DNA of 54,459 nt from Treponema sp. UBA3649. Lineage in GTDB: Bacteria; Spirochaetota; Spirochaetia; Treponematales; Treponemataceae. The notes below the pieces were generated by a model. The model was given only the letters and a program-made list of their open reading frames with translations. It was not told the origin of the DNA and ran no database searches. The position numbers and the translations under genes are program-made. The stretch is taken from assembly GCA_002373325.1 (NCBI GenBank), contig DFKI01000160.1, positions 35,525 to 89,983 on the forward strand, in the 5' to 3' direction. Of the stretch, positions 9,871 through 21,140 are shown piece after piece. Numbering within the stretch: the stretch's first letter is position 1; each line of letters begins with the position of its first letter.

Positions 9871-11757
9871 ATGAAAGTGATTGGGAAAAGGCGTTTTATT
9901 CTTTTGTTTGCGCTCCTGTTTCTTTTCGGATGCAGGGATAAGGAAAAAGTTACGGACACAAAAACTTACGCAAAGGAATCTGTGGAAAAAGTTGGGAAGG
10001 AAATCACATACAACAAAATACCTGACAATTTTCCGTCCGACTGGCAAAGCGACGACAAAATGATTGGGTTTTACATTGGTTCCAAAGACAAAAGCGGTAT
10101 GACTGCCAACTACCAGCTTTTTTGCGGAAACGGAAGAGCTTTTGCAAGCGGACTTTTAAGACATTCTTACGGAGGAATAGATGAAGATGGAAATGTCCGC
10201 CATCAGTTCATCCTGCTTGAATCCCCTGATGAAGACAAAATTGATTTTCCTGCATCCGACGGTCCTGATGAAAAAAAGCAGGCCATACTGGATTATCTCT
10301 TCCCCGACGGAAAGGACTGCGTGATTGAATACATGCCTGACTATATGAACCTGGGCAAAAAGGGTGCCTTTGTCTACAAGGACTCTGCCTTTTACTTCAG
10401 AGCGTACACACAGGACCTTGCTGAATTTTCAGACACCATCATTGAGGGACTTCCCGCAACCTACCTTGGAAGAAAATCGTACACGCCCAAGGACAGGACT
10501 TGCGTTTATTCCAGGCCGGATGTGACGAGCGAAAAAATCCCGGTACAAAACCTAAGCTGGCAGGCTTACTCCAAAGACAAAAAAGTCAGGCGGCTTTATG
10601 ATAGTGGAACCCAACTTTTTGACTGGTACAGAGGAATTGAAATCACGGTGCTGGGAAGAACCAAGGATTTCTATAAGGTAAACGGAAAGGAAAACAACTG
10701 GTATTATGTTGAAAAATATTCAAATCACGGCTGGGTTTTCGGAGGCGACATAGAGCCTTGGGATGCTTCACTGACGGATGAATACAAAAAGTCTGTCATT
10801 GAAAATGGAGTCAAGGACGGACTGATTGAGCTTAGCGACGTTGACTACTCATCCATCCCCGACGACCTAGCTGAAATCACTTTGGGTGAGGACGACGGCT
10901 CTGCAATCTACTACAACGACGATGTTATTTATCTTGCCTATCCCTACTACTGCAATGCCTTTGCAAAATATGACAGGAGCAGAATGGCCTACGACAAAGA
11001 CGGATTTATGAAATTCAAGTACGGTCCCGGCGAAAATGACAGCTATCTTTTTATCATGGGAGGCCAGATAAACCAGCGTTTTACTAACTTTAAGAATGAC
11101 GGTGCCTTAAGCTACAGGGATGAAGAGGACGATGACCTTATGAGGTACCACAGCTATTACTTCAAGTCCATTTCAGCAAGCTCATCCTATTCTGAAACCC
11201 TGGGAGGAAGAAAAGTCGTCTATGAGCCGGAGAACCTTGAGAAGTGCTTTGAGATAGGCTGCAAGTGCCATCCCTACTGGTGGAACTACTCGCACATTCC
11301 CTGGGTTGAGGGCGCGGAAGGAAACGGAATAGGAGAGTCTGTCACAGTTGAGTTTACTGAGGATATGGCGGGCATGTCTGTCTTAAACGGATATACCGAC
11401 ATCAACAAGCTAAAGCTCTACAAGGAAAATTCCAGGCTCAAGGAAGTGCAGGTGGACGACCTTGTGAACGGAGATTCCTGGACGGTTAGTTTTGACGACA
11501 AGGTTTACTTCAACTACATAGCCTTCCCCAAAAAGACGAGCAAAATCAAGATGACCATAAAGAGCGTCTATGATGGAACCAAGTATTCCGACACCTGTGT
11601 CTCCGCAATCATCCCGAGCAAGACCAATCCTGTTGCCGCGGATTCTGATGAAGGCAAGAGATATTTGGAGCAGGTCCATGAGGATTTCAAGGATGTAATG
11701 AGGGACTGCGATTTAGTTACGGCAGAGGAGCTGGTGAAAAAACTTAGGGAGAGTTGA
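9871..11757 (+). CDS. Lipoprotein with SH3-like domain and C-terminal discoidin-like (NADase-type glycan-binding) domain
   Basis: Lipobox LFLFGC; NWYYV...GWVFGG SH3 pattern; SASSSY...PWVEG...GIGESV...NGY...SVYDGTKYSDTCVS. Confidence 0.75.
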   Translation: MKVIGKRRFILLFALLFLFGCRDKEKVTDTKTYAKESVEKVGKEITYNKIPDNFPSDWQSDDKMIGFYIGSKDKSGMTANYQLFCGNGRAFASGLLRHSYGGIDEDGNVRHQFILLESPDEDKIDFPASDGPDEKKQAILDYLFPDGKDCVIEYMPDYMNLGKKGAFVYKDSAFYFRAYTQDLAEFSDTIIEGLPATYLGRKSYTPKDRTCVYSRPDVTSEKIPVQNLSWQAYSKDKKVRRLYDSGTQLFDWYRGIEITVLGRTKDFYKVNGKENNWYYVEKYSNHGWVFGGDIEPWDASLTDEYKKSVIENGVKDGLIELSDVDYSSIPDDLAEITLGEDDGSAIYYNDDVIYLAYPYYCNAFAKYDRSRMAYDKDGFMKFKYGPGENDSYLFIMGGQINQRFTNFKNDGALSYRDEEDDDLMRYHSYYFKSISASSSYSETLGGRKVVYEPENLEKCFEIGCKCHPYWWNYSHIPWVEGAEGNGIGESVTVEFTEDMAGMSVLNGYTDINKLKLYKENSRLKEVQVDDLVNGDSWTVSFDDKVYFNYIAFPKKTSKIKMTIKSVYDGTKYSDTCVSAIIPSKTNPVAADSDEGKRYLEQVHEDFKDVMRDCDLVTAEELVKKLRES

Positions 11758-11770
11758 GGATTGGAATGCA

Positions 11771-12176
11771 CTCCGACGCGGGAATCTCTATTTTAAAGAG
11801 ATTGCCGTGTCAAGCACGGCAATGACAGAAAAAAAAGTGTGACAATGACAGAAAACAAAGCACGGCAATGACATGGAATCAGGTACGATACTAATTTGAA
11901 CACTCTTCCATGCCAGGTTTCTCCAGCCATCTTGACGAACAAGCCTTATTCCCTTAAACTTAATAGAGTGAACTTCACTAGAGTGGAATCTAGTAGAGTT
12001 GACTCTAGTGATTTTGTTTTCTCATTTTACGAAATGAAGTCATTCCCGCTCACTGACACTTGTCATTCCAGTGTCACAACATTTGTCATTCCCACGTCAC
12101 GACATTTGTCATTCCCGCGCTCCGACGCGGGAATCTCTATTTTAAAGAGATTCCCGTGTCAAGCACGACAATGACA
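11771..12176. repeat. Composite REP/BIME-like element
   Basis: 57-bp direct repeat at 11771-11827 and 12120-12176 (2 mismatches). CAATGACA units at 11820/11843/11866. Inverted GTCATTCC units at about 12039/12062/12085/12108. All at 23-bp spacing. Confidence 0.8.
11975..12022 (+). terminator. Putative intrinsic terminator
   Basis: TCACTAGAGT-N17-ACTCTAGTGA followed by TTTTGTTTTCT, between convergent genes. Confidence 0.5.
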
Positions 12177-12183
12177 CAACGGA

Positions 12184-12987
12184 TCAGAGCATCACGAGAA
12201 CTTTATCCGGGCAGGCTCCCACGCAGGTTCCGCATTTTGTGCATTTTGTGTAGTCCACCACCGGGATTCCAGAGCTCAGGTCTATGCACAGTTCGGGACA
12301 CTTTTTGGCGCAGAGTCCGCACTTGAAGCAGCCTCGGGAACAGTCCTTCCTGATTTGCGGTTTGTTGTCGCTTTTGTTGGAGCAGACGGCGATGGGTCCC
12401 TTCAAATCCGCGTCAATCAGGCGGAAAAGATGCTTCGGACAGGCTGCCACACATTTTCCGCAGGCGACGCACTTTGATTTGTTCACCTTGGGAAGTCCGT
12501 CGTCTCCCATGTAAAGGGCACCGAACGGACACGCCTCAACGCAATCTCCCAAACCGATGCAGCCGAAAGTACACTTGTTTATGCCGTTCATCGTGAGCTG
12601 GGCGGCCTTGCAGGTTTTTACCCCGATATACTCAGCCTTGGGAGCAGTGCAATCACTTGAACCCGCACATGCAAGAAAAGCGACCTTGGGCTTTACCTCA
12701 ACTCCCACGCTTCCAAGAATCTTCGCAATCTTTTCGGCACAGGAAGCTCCTCCCGCGACACATCCGTTTGTTGGAGCCTCTCCCTTGACCACGGCGCCTG
12801 CAAAAGCATCGCATCCGGCAAGACCGCATCCACCGCAGTTCGCACCGCTCAGGGCATCACGCACGAGCTGGACTTTTGGATCCGTGTCCACGTGGAAAAT
12901 CTTCTTGAAAAGTCCAAGGAGCACGCCGAGCAAAAATGCGATTATAATGGCAACGACTATCGTATATATAATGATTTGCATACCCAC
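12184..12987 (-). CDS. rnfB: Rnf complex subunit B
   Basis: N-terminal TM, GANCGGCG, several CxxCxxCxxxCP ferredoxin motifs, operon order. Confidence 0.93.
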   Translation of the reverse strand: MGMQIIIYTIVVAIIIAFLLGVLLGLFKKIFHVDTDPKVQLVRDALSGANCGGCGLAGCDAFAGAVVKGEAPTNGCVAGGASCAEKIAKILGSVGVEVKPKVAFLACAGSSDCTAPKAEYIGVKTCKAAQLTMNGINKCTFGCIGLGDCVEACPFGALYMGDDGLPKVNKSKCVACGKCVAACPKHLFRLIDADLKGPIAVCSNKSDNKPQIRKDCSRGCFKCGLCAKKCPELCIDLSSGIPVVDYTKCTKCGTCVGACPDKVLVML

Positions 12988-12992
12988 TCCCC

Positions 12993-13571
12993 CTATTTAA
13001 TCAGTCCCTTGAATCCAAGGAAGGCAAGGCTCAGAAGACTCGCGCAGACATAAAGAATCGGTGTGCCCTGAAATGCCTTTGGAACATTCGCGGACTTAAG
13101 ACGGCTTCTCACACCGCTCATAATCACCATGGAAATGAGGAATCCCATTGCGGAACCGAAAGCGTAGACCAGACTCTGCACATAGTTGTAGTTTTTGGAA
13201 ATGCAGTTGATTGTGATTCCAAGCACGGCGCAGTTTGTCGTAATCAGGGCAAGGTAAACACCCATCGCGTTGTAAAGTCCGGGAGACATTTTTTTAAGGA
13301 AGAATTCCACGAGCTGAACAAGGGACGCAATCACGAGGATGAAAAAGAGTGTCTGCAAAAACTCAAGTCCGAGCGGAACCATCACGAGCTTGTAAAGAGG
13401 CCATGTAACGGCTGTGGCAAGCATGATTACGAAAGACGTGGCAAGTCCCATGCCGGTAGCCTTTTCGGTGTCGCCCGTCATTCCGATGAAGGGACAGATT
13501 GCGAGATACTGTATGAAAACCACATTATCAATCAGCGCGGATTTTATGAAAAGTGAAATTGAATCAAGCAT
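12993..13571 (-). CDS. rnfA: Rnf complex subunit A
   Basis: LAICPF, ALITTNCAVLG. Confidence 0.93.
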   Translation of the reverse strand: MLDSISLFIKSALIDNVVFIQYLAICPFIGMTGDTEKATGMGLATSFVIMLATAVTWPLYKLVMVPLGLEFLQTLFFILVIASLVQLVEFFLKKMSPGLYNAMGVYLALITTNCAVLGITINCISKNYNYVQSLVYAFGSAMGFLISMVIMSGVRSRLKSANVPKAFQGTPILYVCASLLSLAFLGFKGLIK

Positions 13572-14247
13572 TTGGAGCCTCCTTAGTTTCAGAAAGTTCA
13601 GCCTTCTTCAAAGCCGCGATTTCAGCCGCATCAGCCTTGTTTTTCTGGGACTGTTTCCACGCCTGCACCAGAGCCGCAAGAACGCCGAAGACTAAAAATC
13701 CACCGGGAGCACTGTTGAAGATTCCGATTCTGTAAGCCTCGGGAATCACCTCAATCTTCAGGGAAGTACCTGCGAAAAGAGTTCCACCGCCCAAGAGCTC
13801 GCGGATCAGGGAGATGAGGACAAGCACGATTGTGTAGCCGATTCCCATTCCAAGCGCGTCAAGGATTGAGTCCCCGATTTTATTTTTTGAAGCGAAGGCC
13901 TCCACACGTCCCATGATGATGCAGTTCACGACAATCAGAGGAATGAAAACACCGAGCGCGTTATAGAGATTTTCCACATAGGCGTTCAGCACCATCTGAA
14001 CAATGGTCGTAAAAGCCGCGATGACCGTAATGAAAACCGGCAGGCGGATTGCAGATGGAATCAATTTCCTGAAAAGACTGATTACAATCTCGCTCATCAC
14101 AAGAACGAAAGTCATTCCGGCTCCCATGCCGAGTCCGTTAAAAATGCTCGTCGTCACTCCAAGAGAAGAGCACAATCCGATGTTCAGAACAAGAAGAGGA
14201 TTTTCGCGCAGGAAACCGTTTACAAAGTTTTTTAGTTTAGTATTCAT
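13564..14247 (-). CDS. rnfE: Rnf complex subunit E
   Basis: ENP, GLCSSLGVT, IPLIVVNC, GRVEAFASK. Confidence 0.93.
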   Translation of the reverse strand: MNTKLKNFVNGFLRENPLLVLNIGLCSSLGVTTSIFNGLGMGAGMTFVLVMSEIVISLFRKLIPSAIRLPVFITVIAAFTTIVQMVLNAYVENLYNALGVFIPLIVVNCIIMGRVEAFASKNKIGDSILDALGMGIGYTIVLVLISLIRELLGGGTLFAGTSLKIEVIPEAYRIGIFNSAPGGFLVFGVLAALVQAWKQSQKNKADAAEIAALKKAELSETKEAPNA

Positions 14248-14263
14248 AATAATTTAAGTAGTG

Positions 14264-14329
14264 TGTCATTGTCGGACTTGATCCGACAATCTGTTTTTAT
14301 AGATTCCAGGGTCAAGCCCGGGAATGACA
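14264..14329. repeat. REP-like inverted doublet inside the rnf operon
   Basis: TGTCATTGTCGGACTTGATCCGACAATCT...AGATTCCAGGGTCAAGCCCGGGAATGACA. Confidence 0.8.
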
Positions 14330-14331
14330 AA

Positions 14332-14967
14332 CTATTTCTCTACCCCCTTCAAATCAAAATATGCGAAAAGATTTTTTGTTCCCTCGTTGATTAAAGAGGA
14401 AACCGCCACGCTCGTAATTGTGGCCCCGGAAATCGCGTCGAAATTTTTTCCCGCCTCAAAAGATTTCCTTGCATTTTTTCCCTCGAACTGACCGTAGAAA
14501 GTTTTTCCGCTGGGAAGTTTGAAAGTCGCGTCGTTCGCCTTGAGTCCAAATCCGGGTGAGTCCGTGAGCTTAAGGAATTTAAGTCCGGCCACAGTTCCGT
14601 CGGTTTTCATTCCGATGAGGATTGAGCCCTGGTCATAAGTCGGTCCCGTAACCTGAGCAGCACCGCCCACAATCTTTCCGTCTTTTTTCGCGACGTAGAT
14701 TTCATCAACAGTAATCGCACCCACGACAGGAGCCTTGTAATCATCCACGGTTTCGAAAGTCAAACCTGAGTCGGGGAAAAATTCCCTCATCGCCTCGCTC
14801 ACTTTTCGCTCCTGATTCTGCCTAATCCTCGGGGCGGTAAAAACATTCACAAGCGCAAGGACCGTGCAGCAGACCAGAGCATAGACCGCAAGCACAAGGC
14901 CAAGAACAATCATGCTTCCCACGCCCTCTTTTTTGGGAGCAGATTTTACAGACACATCACCCATCAC
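14332..14967 (-). CDS. rnfG: Rnf complex subunit G
   Basis: Single TM, DSPGFG, FMN attachment motif DAISGATITS. Confidence 0.92.
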   Translation of the reverse strand: MMGDVSVKSAPKKEGVGSMIVLGLVLAVYALVCCTVLALVNVFTAPRIRQNQERKVSEAMREFFPDSGLTFETVDDYKAPVVGAITVDEIYVAKKDGKIVGGAAQVTGPTYDQGSILIGMKTDGTVAGLKFLKLTDSPGFGLKANDATFKLPSGKTFYGQFEGKNARKSFEAGKNFDAISGATITSVAVSSLINEGTKNLFAYFDLKGVEK

Positions 14968-15938
14968 TTTACCTCCCTTGAAGAATCCAAAGGTCGTCCG
15001 GCCTTTTTACCGTAGCCGTATTTTCTCGCCGTAAGATTGTTCAGGAACGGAGCCACGCTGTTCATAATCAAAATGGAGAACATCACGCCCTCAGGGTAGC
15101 CGCCGAATTTTCTAATCAGGAAAGTGATTAGTCCGCATCCGAATCCGAAAATCAGCCTGCCTTTTTTTGTAAGGGGAGCCGTGGCATAATCCGTTACCAT
15201 GAAAGTCGCACCGAAAAGAAGTCCTCCGGTCATCAGCATGAGGGGAACGTTCTCTCCGGAAATCAATGAGCAGATTGCTACGGTTCCGACCATTGCCAAA
15301 GGAGCGCGCCAGTCGATTATGTGTGCGAGCGCAAGAAACGCGAAGGAAATCAAAATCAAGAGAGCCGATGTCTCACCGATGCATCCAGCGCGGTTTCCGA
15401 TGAAATACTGCCAGAGAGTATTGTCTTCCATTATAAAGGTCCCGGATTTGATTGCGGAAAGAGTCGTCGCGGAAGAGATTGCGTCCACGGCGGAAACTGT
15501 CCTCGGATTAAGCCAGCTTGCACCCATCGCTGCAGGAAAACTCAGGAACATGAACGCACGCCCCGTAAGAGCCGGATTAAAAACATTGGAGCCGATTCCA
15601 CCGAAGAGTCCCTTTGCCACAATCATCGCGACGGCGGCACCGATTACGAACATCCAGATTGGGACTGTGGGGGAAGAGACCAAGGCGAGCATCATGCCGC
15701 TGACACAAGCCGAAAGATTTGAGACCGCGACTTTCTGCCTGGTGATTTTTTGGAAGATGAACTCAAAGAAAACGCAGGACGCGACCGACACAAGAATCCT
15801 TATCAAAGCGCCCCATCCGAAAAGCACGATTCCCATAATCGCTTCGGGAAGCATCGCGACAATCACGGTTCCCATAATCATCCGGGGACTGCACTTCAAA
15901 TTGAAATGGGGGCTTGACGAAACATGTATGCGACTCAT
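14964..15938 (-). CDS. rnfD: Rnf complex subunit D
   Basis: SSSPH, FNPALTGRAF, DAISSATT, GCIGETS. Confidence 0.93.
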   Translation of the reverse strand: MSRIHVSSSPHFNLKCSPRMIMGTVIVAMLPEAIMGIVLFGWGALIRILVSVASCVFFEFIFQKITRQKVAVSNLSACVSGMMLALVSSPTVPIWMFVIGAAVAMIVAKGLFGGIGSNVFNPALTGRAFMFLSFPAAMGASWLNPRTVSAVDAISSATTLSAIKSGTFIMEDNTLWQYFIGNRAGCIGETSALLILISFAFLALAHIIDWRAPLAMVGTVAICSLISGENVPLMLMTGGLLFGATFMVTDYATAPLTKKGRLIFGFGCGLITFLIRKFGGYPEGVMFSILIMNSVAPFLNNLTARKYGYGKKAGRPLDSSREVK

Positions 15939-17344
15939 TTTGCACCTCCCTTTGCATCAGATTTTGCCGCGGCCTTGGCTTTTTCCTCAGCCATCTTTTG
16001 ACGCACGAGTCCTTTTCCGAGCCTGATTCTCTGGATGAGATTTACTTTGGCAGGACACACGAAGGCACAGCATCCGCACTCAATGCAATCCATGAGGCCG
16101 AGCTTTTTCGCTTTTTCAAGATTGTCCGCCTTTAGCTCACGAACAATCAGGGCAGGGGAAAGACGCATGGCACATTTTGCGACGCAGGATCCGCAGGAAA
16201 TGCACTGGGACTCCTCGTCAAGGAAAGTCTCTTTTTCGGTAAGGAAAGTCACGCCGCTAGTTCCCTTTGCGACAGGAAAATCTGCGGAGACCATAGCGAA
16301 TCCCATCATGGGACCGCCTGAGATTATCTTCACTGCCTCATCCGCGCTTCCCTCCGCCTTAAGGGAGAAAACATCCGGCATGAGGTCACTTACGACAGTT
16401 CCCACGGGCACACGCACGTTCACGGGCTTTTCAACCGCACCGCCGGAAATTGTAAGCGAGCGGTCAATCAGAGGAAGACCCTTTCTGAAAGCGTCACTGA
16501 TTGCACAGGCGGTTCCCACGTTTGAAATGACGCATCCGGCATCGGCTGGAAGTTTCGCGCTCGGAATCTCTCGTCCTGTAGCTGCGGAGACTATGAACTT
16601 TTCCGCACCCTGGGGATATTTTGTCTTTACCAGACAGACGGACATCGCTTTTTCAAATCCACCCTGAGTGATTGCCTTTTCCAAATCCGGAAGAAGATAT
16701 GCCTTGTTGTCCTCAAGGACGATGATTCCAGTTGCCTTGCCGGAGCCGCCTTTTCCACCGTTGATTATATGAAGGATAACCGCAAGACCGTCAATCAGCT
16801 TCTCGGGAGTCTCAAGCATGGTCCTCTCGTCGCAAGTCAGGTAGGGCTCGCACTCAGCCGCATTTATAAGCACGTAGTCGATGATTTTATCCGCCGGGGG
16901 ATTGAGCTTCACGTGGGAAGGGAAAGACGCTCCTCCCATACCGACGATTCCGGCTTCCTTTATGCGTTTCAGAGCCTCGTCTTTTGTGCACGCGAAGGGA
17001 TCAAGGACAGGAAGCAAGGTCTCACGTCCCGCATCATCAGCCTCAATAATGATACACGGAGCCATTCCATTTGCCGTCACAAGGCAGGACTGAATCTTCT
17101 TTACCTTGCCGGAAACCGATGAGTGGACCGGGCAGTTCATAAATCCCTCGCCGGAAGCTATAAGCTGTCCTCTTGCAACCTCATCACCCACTTTTACGAG
17201 CGGCTGATTGGGAGCACCACCCATCGTCACAGGAATTGTCACGGTCTTTGATTTTGGAAATGCCGGAGTAATGGGACACTGATTGCTCAGCTCCTTGAAC
17301 TCCTTGGGATGGATTCCACCCCTGAATGTTTTTATTTTAGCCAT
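15935..17344 (-). CDS. rnfC: Rnf complex subunit C
   Basis: GGIHP, GIVGMGGASFP, NAAECEPYLTCD, GGPMMG, two 4Fe-4S motifs. Confidence 0.95.
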   Translation of the reverse strand: MAKIKTFRGGIHPKEFKELSNQCPITPAFPKSKTVTIPVTMGGAPNQPLVKVGDEVARGQLIASGEGFMNCPVHSSVSGKVKKIQSCLVTANGMAPCIIIEADDAGRETLLPVLDPFACTKDEALKRIKEAGIVGMGGASFPSHVKLNPPADKIIDYVLINAAECEPYLTCDERTMLETPEKLIDGLAVILHIINGGKGGSGKATGIIVLEDNKAYLLPDLEKAITQGGFEKAMSVCLVKTKYPQGAEKFIVSAATGREIPSAKLPADAGCVISNVGTACAISDAFRKGLPLIDRSLTISGGAVEKPVNVRVPVGTVVSDLMPDVFSLKAEGSADEAVKIISGGPMMGFAMVSADFPVAKGTSGVTFLTEKETFLDEESQCISCGSCVAKCAMRLSPALIVRELKADNLEKAKKLGLMDCIECGCCAFVCPAKVNLIQRIRLGKGLVRQKMAEEKAKAAAKSDAKGGAK

Positions 17345-17350
17345 GCATCC

Positions 17351-17379
17351 ATTTTACACCACAAGCCGGATTTCCTCAA
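17351..17379 (-). promoter_or_regulatory. rnf operon promoter, probably leaderless
   Basis: TTGAGG-N17-TAAAAT, then 6 nt to the rnfC ATG, no SD. Confidence 0.55.
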
Positions 17380-17449
17380 TAAACAAAGCGTGGCATGGAA
17401 AAAAGATTAGCATAAGCTAACTAATCCCGTTGCCTGATGACAAAAGAAG

Positions 17450-20400
17450 CTACATCCCCTGCATGGTGTAAGTCTTGGAGATTGCCATATTTCCGTCCGC
17501 GAAGTGCACCACCGCCACATAGTAGAGGAAGCCCTTTTCGTTGGAGTTGAACATGTCATCTGCCGCAACTGTTTCATTGAACTGCGTGTAATGCTCCGTG
17601 TCAAACGGGTTGTAATAATGTGTCATAATCAGCTTGCCGCGTCTTTCCCATTCGTCGGGATCCCTTCCCAAATCACGGTTTGCCGAAATTATGTTCACGA
17701 GGAAAGGCTTGTTGGAGCGTGGAGTTGCGGTGGACTCAAAGAAGGCGGATTTTATCTCATTCTCGTAATACCCTGGATCGTCCTCCTGTGTCGGGGGAAT
17801 AAAGACATAGACCGTGTTCGAGACGGTTTCCTCCGTGCAGACATCATACTCGGACTCGTTGTTAATCCAAGCACTCCAGTTAACTCTGCTGTCATAATCC
17901 ATATCATAATGATAGGGACGACCATACTTCCAGTTTACTCCTGACGTACCGTCATAAAGATTTTCGTTGAAGCCCTGCACGGTAAGCCGGTACCAGCACC
18001 AGTCCCTGAATTTCATGTCATTCGCATCAAGGTCAACGAGACCGCCAGCATCGTTCTTCTTTTTGAATTCATTGATTCCACCCGGGGCATCTGGGGTCTC
18101 ATAGCGAAGGACTCTCTTGGCTCCCTCAATCACCTCGCAGTTCTGCAACTGGTTAAAAAAGCCGTACTTGCCGTTCACATCCCATTTTCCCTTATTTGTA
18201 TCCAAGCCCAAAATGCTTATCATGTTCCGCCCGAAGATTTCCCCGGCCTCAGTTGTAAGGGTTGCGACAAGGTGATTGTTGTCAGGGTTGTGCTCAACTT
18301 TGAGCTTGTTCTTGAAGGTTCCCACATCAGCCTTGCCCAATGTCACGTAATTGAAGTTTCCGTAAGTGTCGCTGACCTTTGCGAAAAGCATGTACCTTCC
18401 GTCCGGGATGCCGTTAAGGGGAATGCTCATGTCAAGCCAGTAATCCGCTTTGTCCGAGTACCCGTCGTAATAGCAGTTCGATGTGTAGCCGGAGAATCCG
18501 CCCGGAGACTTCTCTATCTCCTCAGGGGTCGCCACGGAGAGATTGTCTCCCCAGACGCTGTTGTAGGGCATATAATAGTATTGGAAACTGGGTGAAAGAT
18601 GACCCTCGTCTTCCATGACAAGATTTCTGAAGTTGAACGAGTGTCCGTCAAAGGAAAGCTTTGAGTCATGACGGTACACGTCTTTACTGACTGTCGGCGG
18701 GATGTTGTCGTCGTCGCTTTCTGAAAAATAGATGGGTTCTTCATCGGATTCAGCAGAAGAGTTTCCCTTTATGGCAAGAATTTTTATCTTCGCCTCGACA
18801 TCAGGATAGCCGTATGCATCGCTTGCCCTTTTCACGCTCACAAAATATGCTTCCTCCTCATGATAGTTTGTCCAACCGTAATCTTCCGGTTCATTCGGCT
18901 TTCTCCACTCTGTTTCAAACGGAGCCCTTAGACGGTTCTCCACCTGGAAAGTAAACTTCGAGGCCGACTCCGAACTTGAGATGTTGCAGACACTCCAGCC
19001 GCTCCATTTCCAGATATGATCTTGGTTTGTTGTCTGGTGATTATACGAGTCCTCCCTGTAATAATAATTGTAGCAGGGAATGTAAGTTACGCCAGCCTCA
19101 GGATTTGTTACGGTGACAGTCACGTTCACCATGGAGCTGTTCACACCTGCGGATTCTTTTACGACGGAAAAATCCGGCTTTGTGACGCTGCCTGACACGG
19201 CTTCGGATGTATCGACCGCAATCCGGTAAAGGGGACCGAACACCTGGCCTGTCCACGCGTCGTTCACATCAGCATGCATGTTGTAATTCGGCTGTATATA
19301 AAAAACATATTTGGAGCCGGAATCAACCTCAAGGATATTGTTATCGCTTATGTCGGAGCTCCTGTCGTCCTTGAAAGGCTTTACGGTGTTCCGTCTTAGC
19401 TCCATTTCACGCTCGTTCACTCCGTCCTCAAGTCTTCCATAGAAAATCCTGTACAGGACATAAGCGTTTGTGCCCGGAAAAACTGCAAGCTGCTGGGATG
19501 CGGCTCTTCCCATGTTGGAAAGATCAAGATAGTTGAGCTTGATTTTCTTTTTTCCGTCTGTGTCGCCCGGCAAAACCTCATAATTGTAGAAATCAATCTG
19601 CTTTGGAACCAGTGTGTTTATGGTGTTGTAGTTTCCGACGGAATCGTACATAAAGACGCGGAGATAGATGTCCTTCTGAAGGTTTGCGTCCCGGAAGGTT
19701 TTGTAGGAATCCGGGAGATAGAAATTTTTTCCTTCGAAGCCAAGGACATTAGTGTAGTCGGTTTCGTCGTCATACCCGATGATTTGAACAGGCTCGCTCA
19801 TGCAGTTCTCAGAGGTTCCCCATGAGACGAAATAGGAAAGGTCCCCGGATTTTTGTTTAAAACGGTTTGTGGCGTTGAAATTCGAGATGTAGTACACGTC
19901 ATCCACCATGTAGAGCATTTTAAATCTCTGCATGTAGCGTTCAATGGAGGAAACTGTCGGTATCTGAGAGTCAAAGTCCGTGATGGACACTGGAACCTGC
20001 TCTCCGTCTTGCCAATACCAGTCCCCCGGCTCCAAGTCGTTTCTGAACTGCGGAGTCTCGAACCAAATCATGCCGCTCGTACTGTTGGCCAAAGTGGTGT
20101 CCCGGAGCAGGTAGTAGACCTTGGAGTCCTCGCTGTCAATGTTGGAAGCGTCGGAAACTGTCACGGTCACTTTGTAGAGTCCGTCCTTTGCCGTGCTTTC
20201 CGAAATGTCAAGGCACACAGTGTCGTAGGAAATTCCGTTCTCCTTGATGAAGGTGAGTTTTTCACGCTTGTCGGTCGCTGCCTCGCTCACGGCTTCCCCT
20301 GAAACGTCAAACACGCGGGAATACTTGAAATGGGCATAGACATCACCGCCATTGTCGTTTCCTTCTATATAAAAGTCCGCCTTTGACCGGATGTGGTTCG

Positions 20401-21033
20401 TCTGGATGATTGAGACCTCGGTTTCCGCCGTAAAATCCTCGTCCGAAAGAAGAATTGTCTCGGATGAAGCCTCCCGCCCGATGTACGAAGGTGGAAGCTC
20501 ACCCCTTGCCGCAACGAGAAGAGGTGCCGTGTTGTCCACATTGTCGCTGATTCTGTAATTGTGCCGCACCTCGTCCTTTATGGGAAGCCTGTCCCTTGTC
20601 CTGCAGGATTTTGAGAGGGTAACGTAGATGTCCATGGCCTTTTTTCCCTGCAAGTCAATCAGGTTCTTTTCGTTCGCCGGGATTGTCACGAGCTTGTCGT
20701 CATTGGACCAGACTGGGGTCGTGAAGTTTGGAAGAAGGTCCTTTCCCTGTGCGTCGGTAATCGAAAGAGCCTCGCTAAGTGTCTCAGGATTCATGGGTTG
20801 CGTGAAGCTGATTACGATTGCACGGTTTTTTGCAACTCCCTGGCCGGAAAAAACAGGTTCCTCAATCTTTGCGACGGGGCTTTCGTGGTTCGCGATGTAA
20901 ATCTGCTCCTCAATCTCCCGCTTGATTCCAGCTCCGTTTAAGAAATTTTCGCAGGCACTAAACAGGGGGGGGGGGCTATACATAATAATAGTATTCCGGC
21001 AGTATTCAGTTGATTAAAAGGACTTCTTCGCAT
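17450..21033 (-). CDS. Large Ig-like-domain surface lipoprotein, frameshifted in its signal peptide at a C11 tract (putative phase-OFF state)
   Basis: AGGAGG precedes ATG 21033 giving MRRSPFNQLNTAGILLLCIAPPP; one extra C joins this to LFSAC and the 1177-aa ORF; Ig-like NRAIVISFTQPMNPETL segment. Confidence 0.75.
20965..20975. repeat. G11/C11 homopolymer in signal-peptide coding sequence
   Basis: aacaGGGGGGGGGGGctata. Confidence 0.9.
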
Positions 21034-21140
21034 AGATTGCCTCCTGTAGTTAAACAATGGGAAAAGCAGGGTGCAAAACAAGAATTTATCAATATTATAA
21101 TCCAGAATCCGCCACTTATCAACTAAATTATTTTTTTTCC

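Noticed and set aside
11896-12326. ORFs of 92 and 88 aa across the intergenic repeats
   Set aside because: Translations of REP repeats or antisense to rnfB; no RBS
12284-17122. Long + strand ORFs over the rnf genes
   Set aside because: Antisense shadows of well-supported rnf CDSs
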